A stretch of 64,000 nucleotides of DNA from a virus (lineage: Duplodnaviria; Caudoviricetes). The notes beneath the pieces are model-generated. The model was not told where the DNA came from. It did not search any database and saw only the letters and a program-made list of their open reading frames with translations. The DNA lies in IMG/VR virus record IMGVR_UViG_3300006204_000008, positions 1 to 64,000 of that record. One strand, 5' to 3'. This document shows positions 1 through 10,009 of this stretch, in pieces. How positions within the stretch are numbered: position 1 is the stretch's first letter; each line of letters starts with the position of its first letter. Position numbers and translations under genes: made by a program.

Positions 1-23
1 ATTCCTCCTCCCCTAACCCCCCT

Positions 24-413
24 ATGTCCCCCCTTCCCCCTGCCACCGCCGCCAATAGCGCACGCGCACGCGAGGAGAGCCTGGGGCAGGTCATGTCTGC
101 CTACATGGACAGGATAAACCCGACTCCCTCCCCATCGAGCATGGCGGAGCTTGGGAGCTACGTCAAAGTCCTGGGAGGAGCTGTGTGCCTCCAGGCCATC
201 GACCGGGCAATAGATGCGGGGGCGGATAAGGCAAACTGGAACTACATACGGGGAATCCTTCGCAGTTTGGAGGCTCAAGGGGTGAAGTGTCTGTCCGATT
301 GGGAAGCGATTGATCGAAAACGAGAATACAAACGGGGGAAAGGAGCGCCTGTAGACCAGCAAGATGGATACCAGTATGACCCTGGTGATGGATGGGAGGA
401 ATATAGCCTGTGA
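24..413 (+). CDS. Phage replication initiator, C-terminal DnaD/DnaB_2-like domain (5' part probably outside the window)
   Basis: Helical domain with NWNYIRGILRSLEAQGVKCLSDW, matching the DnaD YxxxIxxxW motif; directly upstream of a DnaC-like loader. Confidence 0.75.
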   Translation: MSPLPPATAANSARAREESLGQVMSAYMDRINPTPSPSSMAELGSYVKVLGGAVCLQAIDRAIDAGADKANWNYIRGILRSLEAQGVKCLSDWEAIDRKREYKRGKGAPVDQQDGYQYDPGDGWEEYSL

Positions 414-1264
414 AAACCATGAATGACGCCGTAGGGAGTGTGACGAGCGGCGTTGTAGCAAGAGCCAATGCGATCCCAGCAAGCCCAGGAGACGTTGTGC
501 GCGGTGGGCTCCTGCACTGCAGCGTTTGCGGCAGGCCAAAACAGCATCGTTTGAAGCTGATGGGCAAGGAAACCGTCGTTCGCTGTATGTGCCGCTGTGA
601 GAATGCCCGGTTCGAGGCGGACAGGAAGGAGGCACAGGAGCGCGACCGCCGGATGCGGGTGCAGCAGCTCCGTGTGGAGGGGATTCAGGACCCGGCCATG
701 AGAAAGCATCGCTTTGAAGATGCGGAAGAAACCTCCGTCCTTGCCAAGTGCAGACGCTATGCCGAACGCTGGGACGAGATCGGGAAAGCGGGAAAAGGAC
801 TTCTCCTTTGGGGGGATGTGGGGACAGGGAAAACCTTTGCGGCGTCCTGTATCGCCAATGCCTTAATTGACCGGAATGTCCCAGTCCTGATGACAAGTTT
901 CCCGAGAATTTTGAACACAGCGGGATATGACAAAAGCGCCGTCATCAAACAGATGCAGCAGTTCAGCTTGGTGATCCTTGATGATTTCGGCGTGGAGCGG
1001 CAATCCGATTACGCACTGGAAATCGTGCAGTTTGTCTTGGATGAGCGATACAAATCGGGGCATCCGCTCATCGTTACCACAAATCTGACACTCAGAGATT
1101 TACGCAGTCCTAAAAATATCACTTGTGCCAGAATGTTTGACCGCTTGAATGAGATGTGTGTCCCTCTGCACTTTGAGGGGATTTCAAGACGAAAAGCAAA
1201 GGCAGAAGAAAACCTCAGAGCTATGTCAGACTTTCTGAGCTTGCTTGAACCGGGAGCGAGGTGA
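410..1264 (+). CDS. DnaC/IstB-like AAA+ helicase loader
   Basis: N-terminal CxxC...CxC zinc motif, Walker A GDVGTGKT, Walker B LVILDD, IVTTN and R..DRL motifs. Confidence 0.9.
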   Translation: MKTMNDAVGSVTSGVVARANAIPASPGDVVRGGLLHCSVCGRPKQHRLKLMGKETVVRCMCRCENARFEADRKEAQERDRRMRVQQLRVEGIQDPAMRKHRFEDAEETSVLAKCRRYAERWDEIGKAGKGLLLWGDVGTGKTFAASCIANALIDRNVPVLMTSFPRILNTAGYDKSAVIKQMQQFSLVILDDFGVERQSDYALEIVQFVLDERYKSGHPLIVTTNLTLRDLRSPKNITCARMFDRLNEMCVPLHFEGISRRKAKAEENLRAMSDFLSLLEPGAR

Positions 1265-1270
1265 GAAGAA

Positions 1271-1687
1271 ATGTCGGAGACGATGGAGCAAACCACCTAC
1301 CCGTGGGAACGTGCCGCCCTGTATGGGCACCCACTGCCCGAAGGACTTGGCCTGGAAGAACAGATGGCCTACACTTCCCTGCGCAATACCGTCTATGCTT
1401 TCCACGCAGGGAGACTGAGCGAGGAACAGGCAGCCCAAGAAAAACGGCTGCTGGTGGCCGAGTATCGGGCCAGGGCAGAGAAAAGGGAGTTTGAGAACCG
1501 TGTAACTGCCTATCATGTCCGGCTGATCCGGGCCACAGAGGGTGCTAAGACAGCGTGTCTAAAGAATCCGACGCCGGAAAATATACGGCGTTTGGTCCGG
1601 GTAATGGACGGCATCGAACGCCCCGAACAGAAGGAGGAAACGAACCATGGAGAATTGGGCAACCCTGAAACTCACGTCCCAGGCTGA
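1271..1687 (+). CDS. Hypothetical phage protein
   Basis: 138-aa ORF in operon context. Confidence 0.6.
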   Translation: MSETMEQTTYPWERAALYGHPLPEGLGLEEQMAYTSLRNTVYAFHAGRLSEEQAAQEKRLLVAEYRARAEKREFENRVTAYHVRLIRATEGAKTACLKNPTPENIRRLVRVMDGIERPEQKEETNHGELGNPETHVPG

Positions 1688-1820
1688 CCGGGAGATTGTT
1701 GCCTTGGCCTTATATCGCTCGGGCTATACCATCCGGCAGAGGAAGGAAAAGGAGAAAACTTCTACTAAGGCCGGGACCAAAACGGTGATTGTTCTGGACT
1801 ACCGGAAGGAGGAACCGTGA
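1647..1820 (+). CDS. Small hypothetical protein (57 aa, MENWATLKLTSQADRE...), not in the ORF track
   Basis: AAGGAGG SD upstream; its TGA overlaps the ATG of iscS. Confidence 0.55.
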   Translation: MENWATLKLTSQADREIVALALYRSGYTIRQRKEKEKTSTKAGTKTVIVLDYRKEEP

Positions 1821-2938
1821 TGGTATACGCAGACTATGCCGCCACAGCGCCGATGAGGGTTGCCGCGAAGGAGGCTATGCTGGATGCCATGGAGGACGTT
1901 GGAAATCCGTCCAGCATACACCGCGCAGGAGAAAGGGCCAGGGAGCGGGTAGAGACCGCCAGAAAAGAGATGGCCGAACTGCTGAACTGCCGGCCCCAGG
2001 AGATCTTTTTCACCTCCGGGGGTACGGAAGCCAATAACTGGGCAATTTCTGCGGCCCAGGAGACCCGGGTTGTTCTGTCCGCCTTTGAGCATCACTCTAT
2101 TACGCTCCCTGTGATGTGCGGGGAGGAATTCGTTCAAGTGAAGCCGGAATCAGATGGGGTACTGGACCCGGAGAAGGTTGTAAAATCCCTTCCAGACAGG
2201 TCGAGTTTCGTTACCATCATGACGGTAAATAACGAGATCGGCACGATTCAACCCATCGAAGAAATCACAAGGGAGGTCAGGCGGCACGGTTCCTGGGCAG
2301 TGCATACCGACGCGGTGCAGGCCGTGGGGCACATTCCTATCGACGTCCAGAATCTGGGGGTGGATATGCTCTCTCTGTCGGCCCACAAATTTGGAGGCCC
2401 CCAGGGTGTGGGAGCGCTTTACTGCCGCACAGGGTGTGTGCCCCTGCCGCTGCTCTTCGGGGGCGGACAGGAGAACGGACGCCGGTCAGGGACTGAAAAT
2501 GTGGCGGGAATCGTTGGGATGTGCGAGGCGCTGAAAATAGCCCAGAGCCGGATGCAGGAGGAAACGGTGCATATCCGAGAACTCCGGGATTGGCTCGTGG
2601 GGGAGATCATGACCATACCCGAGGCCAGGATCAATGGGGATCTGGAGCGGCGTGTGGCCGGGAACATCAACTGTTCCTTTGACGGTGTGGAAGGGGAATC
2701 CCTGGTGCTTATGCTGGACCAGGCAGGGATCTGTGTGTCTGCTGGTTCTGCCTGTGCGTCGGGCAGTCTGGAACCCAGCCATGTCATGACGGCGCTCGGC
2801 CAGACACCCCCGAAAGCGTATGAAGCGATTCGGATCAGTTTGGGTGAGGAGAATACCAAAGATGATGTGTCCTATATCGCCGAACAGCTGAGTGCCATAG
2901 TTAGGGAACTGAGAGGACGCAGAGGGAGACAGAGGTGA
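1820..2938 (+). CDS. iscS: Cysteine desulfurase, IscS/NifS family (PLP-dependent)
   Basis: YADYAATAP, FTSGGTEANN, HTDAVQ, SLSAHKFGGPQG (PLP lysine), AGSACASGS (catalytic Cys). Confidence 0.93.
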   Translation: MVYADYAATAPMRVAAKEAMLDAMEDVGNPSSIHRAGERARERVETARKEMAELLNCRPQEIFFTSGGTEANNWAISAAQETRVVLSAFEHHSITLPVMCGEEFVQVKPESDGVLDPEKVVKSLPDRSSFVTIMTVNNEIGTIQPIEEITREVRRHGSWAVHTDAVQAVGHIPIDVQNLGVDMLSLSAHKFGGPQGVGALYCRTGCVPLPLLFGGGQENGRRSGTENVAGIVGMCEALKIAQSRMQEETVHIRELRDWLVGEIMTIPEARINGDLERRVAGNINCSFDGVEGESLVLMLDQAGICVSAGSACASGSLEPSHVMTALGQTPPKAYEAIRISLGEENTKDDVSYIAEQLSAIVRELRGRRGRQR

Positions 2939-2941
2939 GCT

Positions 2942-3751
2942 ATGCAAAAGACAAAAATCGAATGGTGTGACAGTACCTGGAACCCCGTCACAGGCTGTCT
3001 GCACACCTGTGAATACTGCTATGCCAGACGAATTGCGGAACGCTTCGGGACATTGAACAAAGGCCCTCAGCCAGAGGACGAAGGGCTGTCGTTTGTGCCA
3101 GACGAACCAGAGCGGTTCTGGGAACTGGACGAACCGGTGCGGAATGAGGCCGGGAAAATCGAGCCCTTTCCCGCCGATTTCTATCCCACCCTGCACCGCT
3201 ACCGGATGAATGAACCGGCGCGGAATAAGAAGCCCCAGAACATCTTTGTTTGCTCTATGGCGGATCTGTTTGGTGAGTGGGTGCCGGATGAGTGGATTGA
3301 GGAGGTAATGAACGCCTGCCTGCTGTCCCCGCAACACCGATACCTGTTCCTTACCAAAAATCCGCGCCGGTACATGAGGTTGGCAGAAGCCAGGAAACTG
3401 CCGGATAAGGACAACTTCTGGTATGGCTCGTCTACGCCAACCCCGGACACGCCGTTCTGGTGGAGTGATCACCACAACACATTTGTTAGCATTGAGCCGA
3501 TGATGGAAGCGTTCCCGTGGGAGGGAGACTGCCCAGTCAAGAAGGTGGGCTGGGTCATCATGGGTGCCATGACAGGGCCGGGCAGCAAAACGCACCAGCC
3601 GAAGAAGGAGTGGGTGGAGTCGCTGGTCGAAGATGCTATGGCATCCGTGGTGCCGGTCTTTATGAAGAACAGCATGAAACCAATATGGGGGCCGGAGCTG
3701 GTTCGAGAATATCCAATGGGGAGGTATTGGCAGGAAGGAGTATTGAAGTGA
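2942..3751 (+). CDS. Phage Gp37/Gp68-family (DUF5131) radical-SAM-like protein
   Basis: TKIEWCDSTWNPVTGCLHTCEYCYAR (CxxxCxxC), FVCSMADLF, LFLTKNP, SIEP. Confidence 0.88.
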   Translation: MQKTKIEWCDSTWNPVTGCLHTCEYCYARRIAERFGTLNKGPQPEDEGLSFVPDEPERFWELDEPVRNEAGKIEPFPADFYPTLHRYRMNEPARNKKPQNIFVCSMADLFGEWVPDEWIEEVMNACLLSPQHRYLFLTKNPRRYMRLAEARKLPDKDNFWYGSSTPTPDTPFWWSDHHNTFVSIEPMMEAFPWEGDCPVKKVGWVIMGAMTGPGSKTHQPKKEWVESLVEDAMASVVPVFMKNSMKPIWGPELVREYPMGRYWQEGVLK

Positions 3752-5328
3752 AGCCGACGGAAATTATCGTGGACAGCTTCGCCGGCGGCGGCGGGGCCTC
3801 CACCGGTATTAAGCTGGCGACAGGCCGTGAGGTAGATATTGCCATCAATCACGACCCCGACGCTATCCTGATGCACAAAACCAACCATCCAAGCACCCGC
3901 CACTATCAGGCGGATGTATGGGATGTGGACCCGGCGGAAGTGTGTGCCGGCCGTCCTGTGGGCCTGCTGTGGGCGTCCCCGGACTGCAAGCATTTTTCCA
4001 AGGCTAAGGGAGGAAAACCCGTAGATAAGAATATACGCGGCCTTGCCTGGATCGTCCTGCGCTGGGCGGGAACCGTTCACCCCAGGGTCATCATCCTGGA
4101 GAACGTCGAGGAGTTCCAGACCTGGGGGCCAGTCCGCCGGGGCCGTCCGGTGAAATCCAAGACCGGGCAGACCTTCCGGCAGTGGTTGGGCCAGCTGGAA
4201 GGTCTGGGCTATGCCGTAGAGTGGCGGGAGCTTGTAGCGGCAGACTACGGAGCGCCCACCACCAGAAAGCGTTTCTTCCTGATCGCCCGCCGGGACGGCC
4301 AGCCTATTGTGTGGCCGGAACCGACCCACGCACCGGTGGGGAGCCCAGAGGTCGAAGACGGAGCACGGAATCCCTGGCGCAGCGCGGCGGAAATCATAGA
4401 CTGGAGCCTGCCTGTTCCCTCTATCTTTTCCACACGGGAGGAAATCAAGGAACGATATGGCGTGTCGGCGGTCCGTCCCCTGGCCAGGAATACCATGCGT
4501 CGGGTGGCACGGGGCGTGGACAAGTTCGTGATCCGCTCCGCCGCTCCGTTTCTGGTAACCATGAACTACGGTATGACAGCCCCGGCCATAATCCAGTATC
4601 ATACCGAGCAAACCGAGCGGGTCCGTGGCCAGGGCGTGACAGATCCCGTAATGACCATTGATGCCTCCAACCGCTATGGACTGGTAGCAGCCACCCTGAC
4701 AAAGTATTACAACGGGGACCACAACCAGGACGCAGCGGCCCCGTTGCATACGATAACCACACGGGACCGCGAGGGCCTGACTATGGCCAGCCTGTCCAAG
4801 TTCTATGGCGGCGTAGTAGGTACGGCGGCGTCTGATCCACTCCCCACCGTGACAACGGTAGACCACAACGCACTCCAGACTGCCCATATGGTCAAGATGA
4901 AAGGCACAAACCTGGGGAGCCGAGCACAGGACCCTTTGCAAACCATCACAGCAGGCGGGAGCCATCACGGCGTTGTCTCAACTAGGGTTGCCAAGGCAGA
5001 GCCAGGGGCAAATCTGCAGCACTGGCCGGAAATCCGGGCGATGTTAAATGCGTTTTGCGACTACCGCCTGGAGGACGATGCCGTGATCCTGTTTTCCATT
5101 GCCGGGGTTCAGTATTTTATGGCAGACATCGGCTTGCGGATGCTGACGCCGAGGGAATTATACCGGGCCAACGGCTTCCCAGAGGAGTATATCATCGACA
5201 GAGACTATACCGGCAACGACTACAGTAAAACAAAGCAGGTGGCCCGATGCGGCAATGCGGTCCCGCCGCCTTTTGCGGAAGCCCTAGTGCGGGCGAATTT
5301 GCCAGAGTGGTGCAAGGAGGACACATGA
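3748..5328 (+). CDS. DNA cytosine-5 methyltransferase
   Basis: Motif I DSFAGGGG, ASPDC (catalytic PC equivalent), ENVEEF, RKRFF, C-terminal GNAV; GTG start overlaps the upstream stop. Confidence 0.92.
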   Translation: MKPTEIIVDSFAGGGGASTGIKLATGREVDIAINHDPDAILMHKTNHPSTRHYQADVWDVDPAEVCAGRPVGLLWASPDCKHFSKAKGGKPVDKNIRGLAWIVLRWAGTVHPRVIILENVEEFQTWGPVRRGRPVKSKTGQTFRQWLGQLEGLGYAVEWRELVAADYGAPTTRKRFFLIARRDGQPIVWPEPTHAPVGSPEVEDGARNPWRSAAEIIDWSLPVPSIFSTREEIKERYGVSAVRPLARNTMRRVARGVDKFVIRSAAPFLVTMNYGMTAPAIIQYHTEQTERVRGQGVTDPVMTIDASNRYGLVAATLTKYYNGDHNQDAAAPLHTITTRDREGLTMASLSKFYGGVVGTAASDPLPTVTTVDHNALQTAHMVKMKGTNLGSRAQDPLQTITAGGSHHGVVSTRVAKAEPGANLQHWPEIRAMLNAFCDYRLEDDAVILFSIAGVQYFMADIGLRMLTPRELYRANGFPEEYIIDRDYTGNDYSKTKQVARCGNAVPPPFAEALVRANLPEWCKEDT

Positions 5329-7820
5329 ACTACCTAGATTTTCTGAGAGGGAAGATTTGTATCGCGCATGAATCAGGCTTTACTATGGACCCTTCGGCGC
5401 TTTCCCCGGTGCTGAAACCACATCAGCGTGCGGCGGTGGCCTGGGCACTGAAAGGCGGACGGCGGGCGCTGTTTGAATCCTTCGGGCTGGGAAAAACCGT
5501 CCAGCAGCTGGAGTGGTGCCGCCAGGTGGTCCGGCATGAGGGCGGAAAAGCTTTAATCGTGCTCCCGCTGGGGGTGCGGCAGGAGTTCCGCCGGGACGCG
5601 GTGGAACTCCTGGGGATGGAGCCGCCAGAGTATGTGAGGACGATGGAAGAGGCGTCATCTGCTGACGGGGACATCCTGCTGACCAACTATGAGAGGGTCC
5701 GGGACGGCGATATCGACCCTGCCCGGTTTATGGCGGTGAGTTTGGATGAGGCGTCCGTGCTTCGGAGCTTCGGAAGCAAGACCTATCAGACATTTCTGAA
5801 TAAGTTCCAGGGCGTGCGCTATAAGCTGGTCAACACGGCGACGCCATCCCCCAATAAATACAAAGAACTGATTCACTACGCGGGATATCTGGAAGTGATG
5901 GACACGGGACAGGCCCTGACCCGTTTTTTTCAGAGGGACAGCACAAAGGCAAACCACCTGACGCTGTATCCCCACAAGGAGGATGAGTTCTGGCTGTGGG
6001 TATCCTCCTGGGCGCTGGTGCTGAGCCGTCCATCGGACCTAGGCTTTGAGGATGAGGGGTATGCTCTGCCGCCGCTGGAGGTGCGCAGGCATATTGTCCG
6101 GGAAGAGTACGGCCATGCCTGCGACCGGGACGGGCAAATGAAGCTGATGAACGACGCGGCGGTTTCCCTGTCGGATGCCGCACGGGAGAAGCGGGAGAGC
6201 ATCGGGCTCCGGGTGGCAAAGGCAAAGGAGATCGTTTCCAGTGACCCGGACGCCCATTTTCTATTGTGGCATGACTTGGAAGTTGAGCGCCACGCGATAA
6301 AAGAGGTTTTTCCCAATGTGGTGGATATTTATGGGGCTATGGACTATGAAGAACGGGAGCGCCGAGTTATTGACTTCTCCCAGGGGCGGACCCGTCTGTT
6401 TGCCACCAAAAAAAGCCTCAGCGGGTCCGGTTGCAATTTTCAGCGCCATTGTCACCGGGCAATTTTCCTGGGGATCGACTATGAGTTCAATGATTTCATC
6501 CAGGCAATCCACCGCATTTATCGCTTCCTCCAAACAGAACCGGTCATCGTTGATATTATCTGCACGGAAGCGGAGGAGCCCATCTACCGCACGCTGATGG
6601 CAAAGTGGGAGCAGCACGATCATCTCCAGGAGAAAATGAGGGAGATCGTAAAAAAATACGGCCTGAACCAGGCGGCGTCAGAGCTGGTCATGGCCAGAAG
6701 CATAGGAGTGAAGCGCGTGGAAGTCAAAGGGGAGCGTTGGACCGCGGTCAATCATGACTGCGTAGAGGAAACAGAGAAACTGGAGGAGAACAGCGTGGAC
6801 CTGATCGTTACATCCATACCGTTTTCCAACCACTACGAGTATACCCCAAGCTATAACGACTTTGGGCACAATGAGGACACAGAGCGTTTCTTTGAGCAGA
6901 TGGAGTATCTGACGCCCCACCTGCTGCGGGTCCTGAAGCCCGGACGGGTGTTTGCCTGCCACGTCAAGGACAGAGTGTTGTTTGGAAACGCCACTGGCAT
7001 GGGGATGCCAACCATGGAACCGTTTCATGCGCTGTGTATTCAGCACTATATGCATCATGGCTTTGCCTACTTTGGCATGATTACCGTGGTGACAGATGTT
7101 GTTCGGGAGAACAATCAGACCTATCGTCTGGGCTGGACAGAGCAATGTAAGGACGGCAGTAAGATGGGTGTCGGATGCCCAGAGTATATTCTTCTTTTCC
7201 GAAAGCTGCCCACAGACCGGTCGAAGGCATACGCTGATGAACCGGTCTGCAAAACCAAAGAGGAGTATACCCGGGCCCAATGGCAGCTGGATGCCCATGG
7301 GTATTGGAGAAGCAGCGGGGACCGACTGATAAGCAAGTCGGAACTAAAGCAGATGCCTGTGGAGCGTCTGCAGGCGGCTTACCGGCGGTATAGCCGGGAC
7401 ACAGTCTACAGCTATGAAGATCATGTGGAATTGGCGAAGAAGCTGGATGAAGATGGACGCCTCCCGGCGACATTTATGGTGGTGGCTCCCGGCTCCTGGA
7501 CGGATGCTGTGTGGGATGATATCAACCGAATGCGTACCCTCAACAGCACCCAGAGTCAGCGCCGGAAGGCCCTTCATGTTTGCCCGCTCCAGCTGGATAT
7601 TGTGGACCGGCTGATTAACCGCTACAGTAACCCAGGGGACCTGATATTGGACCCTTTTGGAGGTTTGGGAACGGTGGCCTTGGAGGCGGTTAAGGCTGGC
7701 AGGCGGGGATACACAATCGAGCTCAACAATGACTATTTCCGGGACGCCGTGGGTTATCTGAAGGAGATGGATGAGAAGGAGGAGACCATTTCCCTGTTTG
7801 ATCTGATTGAAACAGGATAA
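5325..7820 (+). CDS. SNF2-like helicase fused to an N6A/N4C DNA methyltransferase domain
   Basis: GLGKT, LDEAS, TATP and C-terminal helicase motifs, followed by VTSIPF and DPFGGLGT methyltransferase motifs. Confidence 0.88.
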   Translation: MNYLDFLRGKICIAHESGFTMDPSALSPVLKPHQRAAVAWALKGGRRALFESFGLGKTVQQLEWCRQVVRHEGGKALIVLPLGVRQEFRRDAVELLGMEPPEYVRTMEEASSADGDILLTNYERVRDGDIDPARFMAVSLDEASVLRSFGSKTYQTFLNKFQGVRYKLVNTATPSPNKYKELIHYAGYLEVMDTGQALTRFFQRDSTKANHLTLYPHKEDEFWLWVSSWALVLSRPSDLGFEDEGYALPPLEVRRHIVREEYGHACDRDGQMKLMNDAAVSLSDAAREKRESIGLRVAKAKEIVSSDPDAHFLLWHDLEVERHAIKEVFPNVVDIYGAMDYEERERRVIDFSQGRTRLFATKKSLSGSGCNFQRHCHRAIFLGIDYEFNDFIQAIHRIYRFLQTEPVIVDIICTEAEEPIYRTLMAKWEQHDHLQEKMREIVKKYGLNQAASELVMARSIGVKRVEVKGERWTAVNHDCVEETEKLEENSVDLIVTSIPFSNHYEYTPSYNDFGHNEDTERFFEQMEYLTPHLLRVLKPGRVFACHVKDRVLFGNATGMGMPTMEPFHALCIQHYMHHGFAYFGMITVVTDVVRENNQTYRLGWTEQCKDGSKMGVGCPEYILLFRKLPTDRSKAYADEPVCKTKEEYTRAQWQLDAHGYWRSSGDRLISKSELKQMPVERLQAAYRRYSRDTVYSYEDHVELAKKLDEDGRLPATFMVVAPGSWTDAVWDDINRMRTLNSTQSQRRKALHVCPLQLDIVDRLINRYSNPGDLILDPFGGLGTVALEAVKAGRRGYTIELNNDYFRDAVGYLKEMDEKEETISLFDLIETG

Positions 7821-8024
7821 TACCGGAGATGTTGGTTGTATGAGCAGAAGATGACCGACTTTGAGATTGATTTCGTTCAGTGCTTTGATTCCAATGAAGT
7901 TCGGTTTGAAATGGATGGATGGACGGGAAGTGTCCATATTGTTCGGCAAGTGCGGCGGCAAAAGATAAGGTAAAGGCAATGCTTGATGAGCCGCTTAATT
8001 ATCAGCTAAAGTTGGAGGGGATGA

Positions 8025-8642
8025 ATGAAGATCGGCATGATTGACGTTGATGGCCACAACTTCCCGAATCTCGTCCTTATGAAGCTGTCTGCGTGGCACA
8101 AGGCGCAGGGGGACACGGTGGAATGGTGGTGGGGATTCGGAGAGTACGACCGAGTATACATGAGCAAGGTCTTTGACAGCACATACTCCCAGGACGTTCC
8201 AGAGCCGTTGAACGCCCGCGAGATCATCAAGGGCGGGACGGGATACGGCCTGGACAATCGCCTTCCGGATGAAGTGGAACACATCTACCCGGACTACTCT
8301 CTGTATCCGGAGATGACGAAGAACACCGCCTACGGTTTCCTGACCCGGGGCTGTCCGAGGGGGTGCCACTTCTGTATCGTGGCCGAAAAGGACGGGCGGC
8401 TGATGGTGCTTCCATGCAAAAGAGGTGACACACTTTGGAGCCTTTACAATTACCCCACAAAGGGTATTTGCGAGATCGTGATCACAGCGGTATCGACCCT
8501 TGACGGCGTTACTGTCATAAACACGAACAATTTCGGTGTACTGTCGGAGGAAGACGTCGGCAAAACCGTCTTTCTAACCCGAGAAGAAGCCGAGGCGGCG
8601 CTGAAAAAGAGGGAGGAGGAAGATGATGAAACTGTACGATAA
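8025..8642 (+). CDS. Chimeric ORF: truncated radical-SAM protein N-terminus fused to the C-terminus of a common phage hypothetical protein
   Basis: FPNLVLMKLSAWHK...LTRGCPRGCHFC, then an abrupt switch at AEKDGR to LMVLPCKRGDT...GKTVFLTREEAEAAL. Confidence 0.65.
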   Translation: MKIGMIDVDGHNFPNLVLMKLSAWHKAQGDTVEWWWGFGEYDRVYMSKVFDSTYSQDVPEPLNAREIIKGGTGYGLDNRLPDEVEHIYPDYSLYPEMTKNTAYGFLTRGCPRGCHFCIVAEKDGRLMVLPCKRGDTLWSLYNYPTKGICEIVITAVSTLDGVTVINTNNFGVLSEEDVGKTVFLTREEAEAALKKREEEDDETVR

Positions 8643-8982
8643 CGACGCATATCGCGAGGAATTCATGGCACTGGTATATGAATTGCTAGACAGCGACGGG
8701 ACAAATGACCGGGCCAATCAAATCATTGACGCATTTGACAGTGCGCCGGAGGTTGAGGCGGAACCAGTTCAGCCCAACGCCCCGCTCACCCTGGAGGAGC
8801 TGCGGGAGATAGATGACCCTGTTTGGGTGGAATGTGGCATAACTGCATTTACTCCAGATGGTGGATACTATTCTTTGTGCAAAAACGGACACATTACTAC
8901 TCCGTCGGGGATACAACACATAGCAGAAGATATTCCGCATTGGAAGTTTTACCGCCGCAAGCCGAAGGAGGAAACGAGATGA
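8623..8982 (+). CDS. Hypothetical phage protein
   Basis: ORF with SD, overlapping its neighbours. Confidence 0.55.
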   Translation: MMKLYDNDAYREEFMALVYELLDSDGTNDRANQIIDAFDSAPEVEAEPVQPNAPLTLEELREIDDPVWVECGITAFTPDGGYYSLCKNGHITTPSGIQHIAEDIPHWKFYRRKPKEETR

Positions 8983-9200
8983 CTTTAACAGAACTTCAAA
9001 ATAAGCTGGGAGAGCAGATAGAATTACTCACAGATAAAGAGACACCGCACGCAGCGAAGAAAGCACTTGCGGAAACATCTATCGTGGTATCTTCTCTTGC
9101 AAAGCAAATGATCAATAACGCGGACGTTGTGTTGAGAACAGAGAAGCTTATCAGTGAGGGCAAGCTGAAAGAAAGCGCCATCAAGGATATGATAAAATGA
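8979..9200 (+). CDS. Small helical phage protein preceding the HNH gene
   Basis: AAGGAGG SD, ATGA overlaps on both sides. Confidence 0.6.
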   Translation: MTLTELQNKLGEQIELLTDKETPHAAKKALAETSIVVSSLAKQMINNADVVLRTEKLISEGKLKESAIKDMIK

Positions 9201-9757
9201 GCGAACCATATACCGCTGCGCAGAAAGATTTTATCAAAGCGCATGGAGCATACATGACCACCAAGGAACTGCATCAAACACTCAATATCACTTTTGGGTG
9301 TAATCACTCCATAGGAAGTGTAAGAACGACAACGAAAAAACTTGGTATCAAGAAATCAGAATCTGTTAGGAGAAAAAACGCAAAAAAGGAAAAATACCAT
9401 ATCGGAGATACAGTGCTGTTCCATGGATATGAAATTATAAAGGTCAGCAACGACGATGGATTCTGGAACGCTTGGAAACCAAAAGCAAATGTAATATGGG
9501 AAAGCCATTTTGGAAAAATCCCGGACGGAAACCAAGTTGTTTTCCTAAATGGGAATAAAAGAGATATCCGCATTGAAAATCTTATGTGTATATCCAAACG
9601 AATAGCAGCGAAAATGGCAAACGGTCGCGGTAAATCTCTTTGGAGCGAAAGTTCTGATATCACAAAGACAGCAATTCTTGCTTGCGAACTTGAATTGACT
9701 ATCAAATGTATAGAGGAAGAACCCGATGCCAGAACCCCAGAAAGAGGGCTGACATGA
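9197..9757 (+). CDS. HNH_3-like endonuclease-family protein
   Basis: WESHFGKIPDGNQVVFLNGNKRDIRIENL resembles the HNH_3 core; the canonical catalytic His is not evident. Confidence 0.7.
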   Translation: MSEPYTAAQKDFIKAHGAYMTTKELHQTLNITFGCNHSIGSVRTTTKKLGIKKSESVRRKNAKKEKYHIGDTVLFHGYEIIKVSNDDGFWNAWKPKANVIWESHFGKIPDGNQVVFLNGNKRDIRIENLMCISKRIAAKMANGRGKSLWSESSDITKTAILACELELTIKCIEEEPDARTPERGLT

Positions 9758-10008
9758 CAGAGTTTGAGAAACAAACGTATAAAGACATGAGCAGGGCAGA
9801 TCGTGTCAGCATTTGGATGATAAAGGCATCTGAATTTTTTGAATTTAGCCGCCTGATGACCAACGAAGATGCTAAATTCCTGAAAAAAGTTTTGGACGCG
9901 ATGATATACGAAGAACAGAGACTTGATTTCCTCAATACTGTTGGAGAAGGACCGGCGGGGTATGACGGCTGGAAAGCCTACCGCTGCAGGCCGGAGGAGG
10001 GCGGTTGA
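9754..10008 (+). CDS. Hypothetical protein
   Basis: ORF overlapping the upstream stop. Confidence 0.5.
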   Translation: MTEFEKQTYKDMSRADRVSIWMIKASEFFEFSRLMTNEDAKFLKKVLDAMIYEEQRLDFLNTVGEGPAGYDGWKAYRCRPEEGG

Positions 10009-10009
10009 C

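Noticed and set aside
1820-2938. Complete Dnd/Ssp phosphorothioation system
   Set aside because: Only the desulfurase is present; no PAPS-reductase-like, DndD or DndE genes are recognisable.
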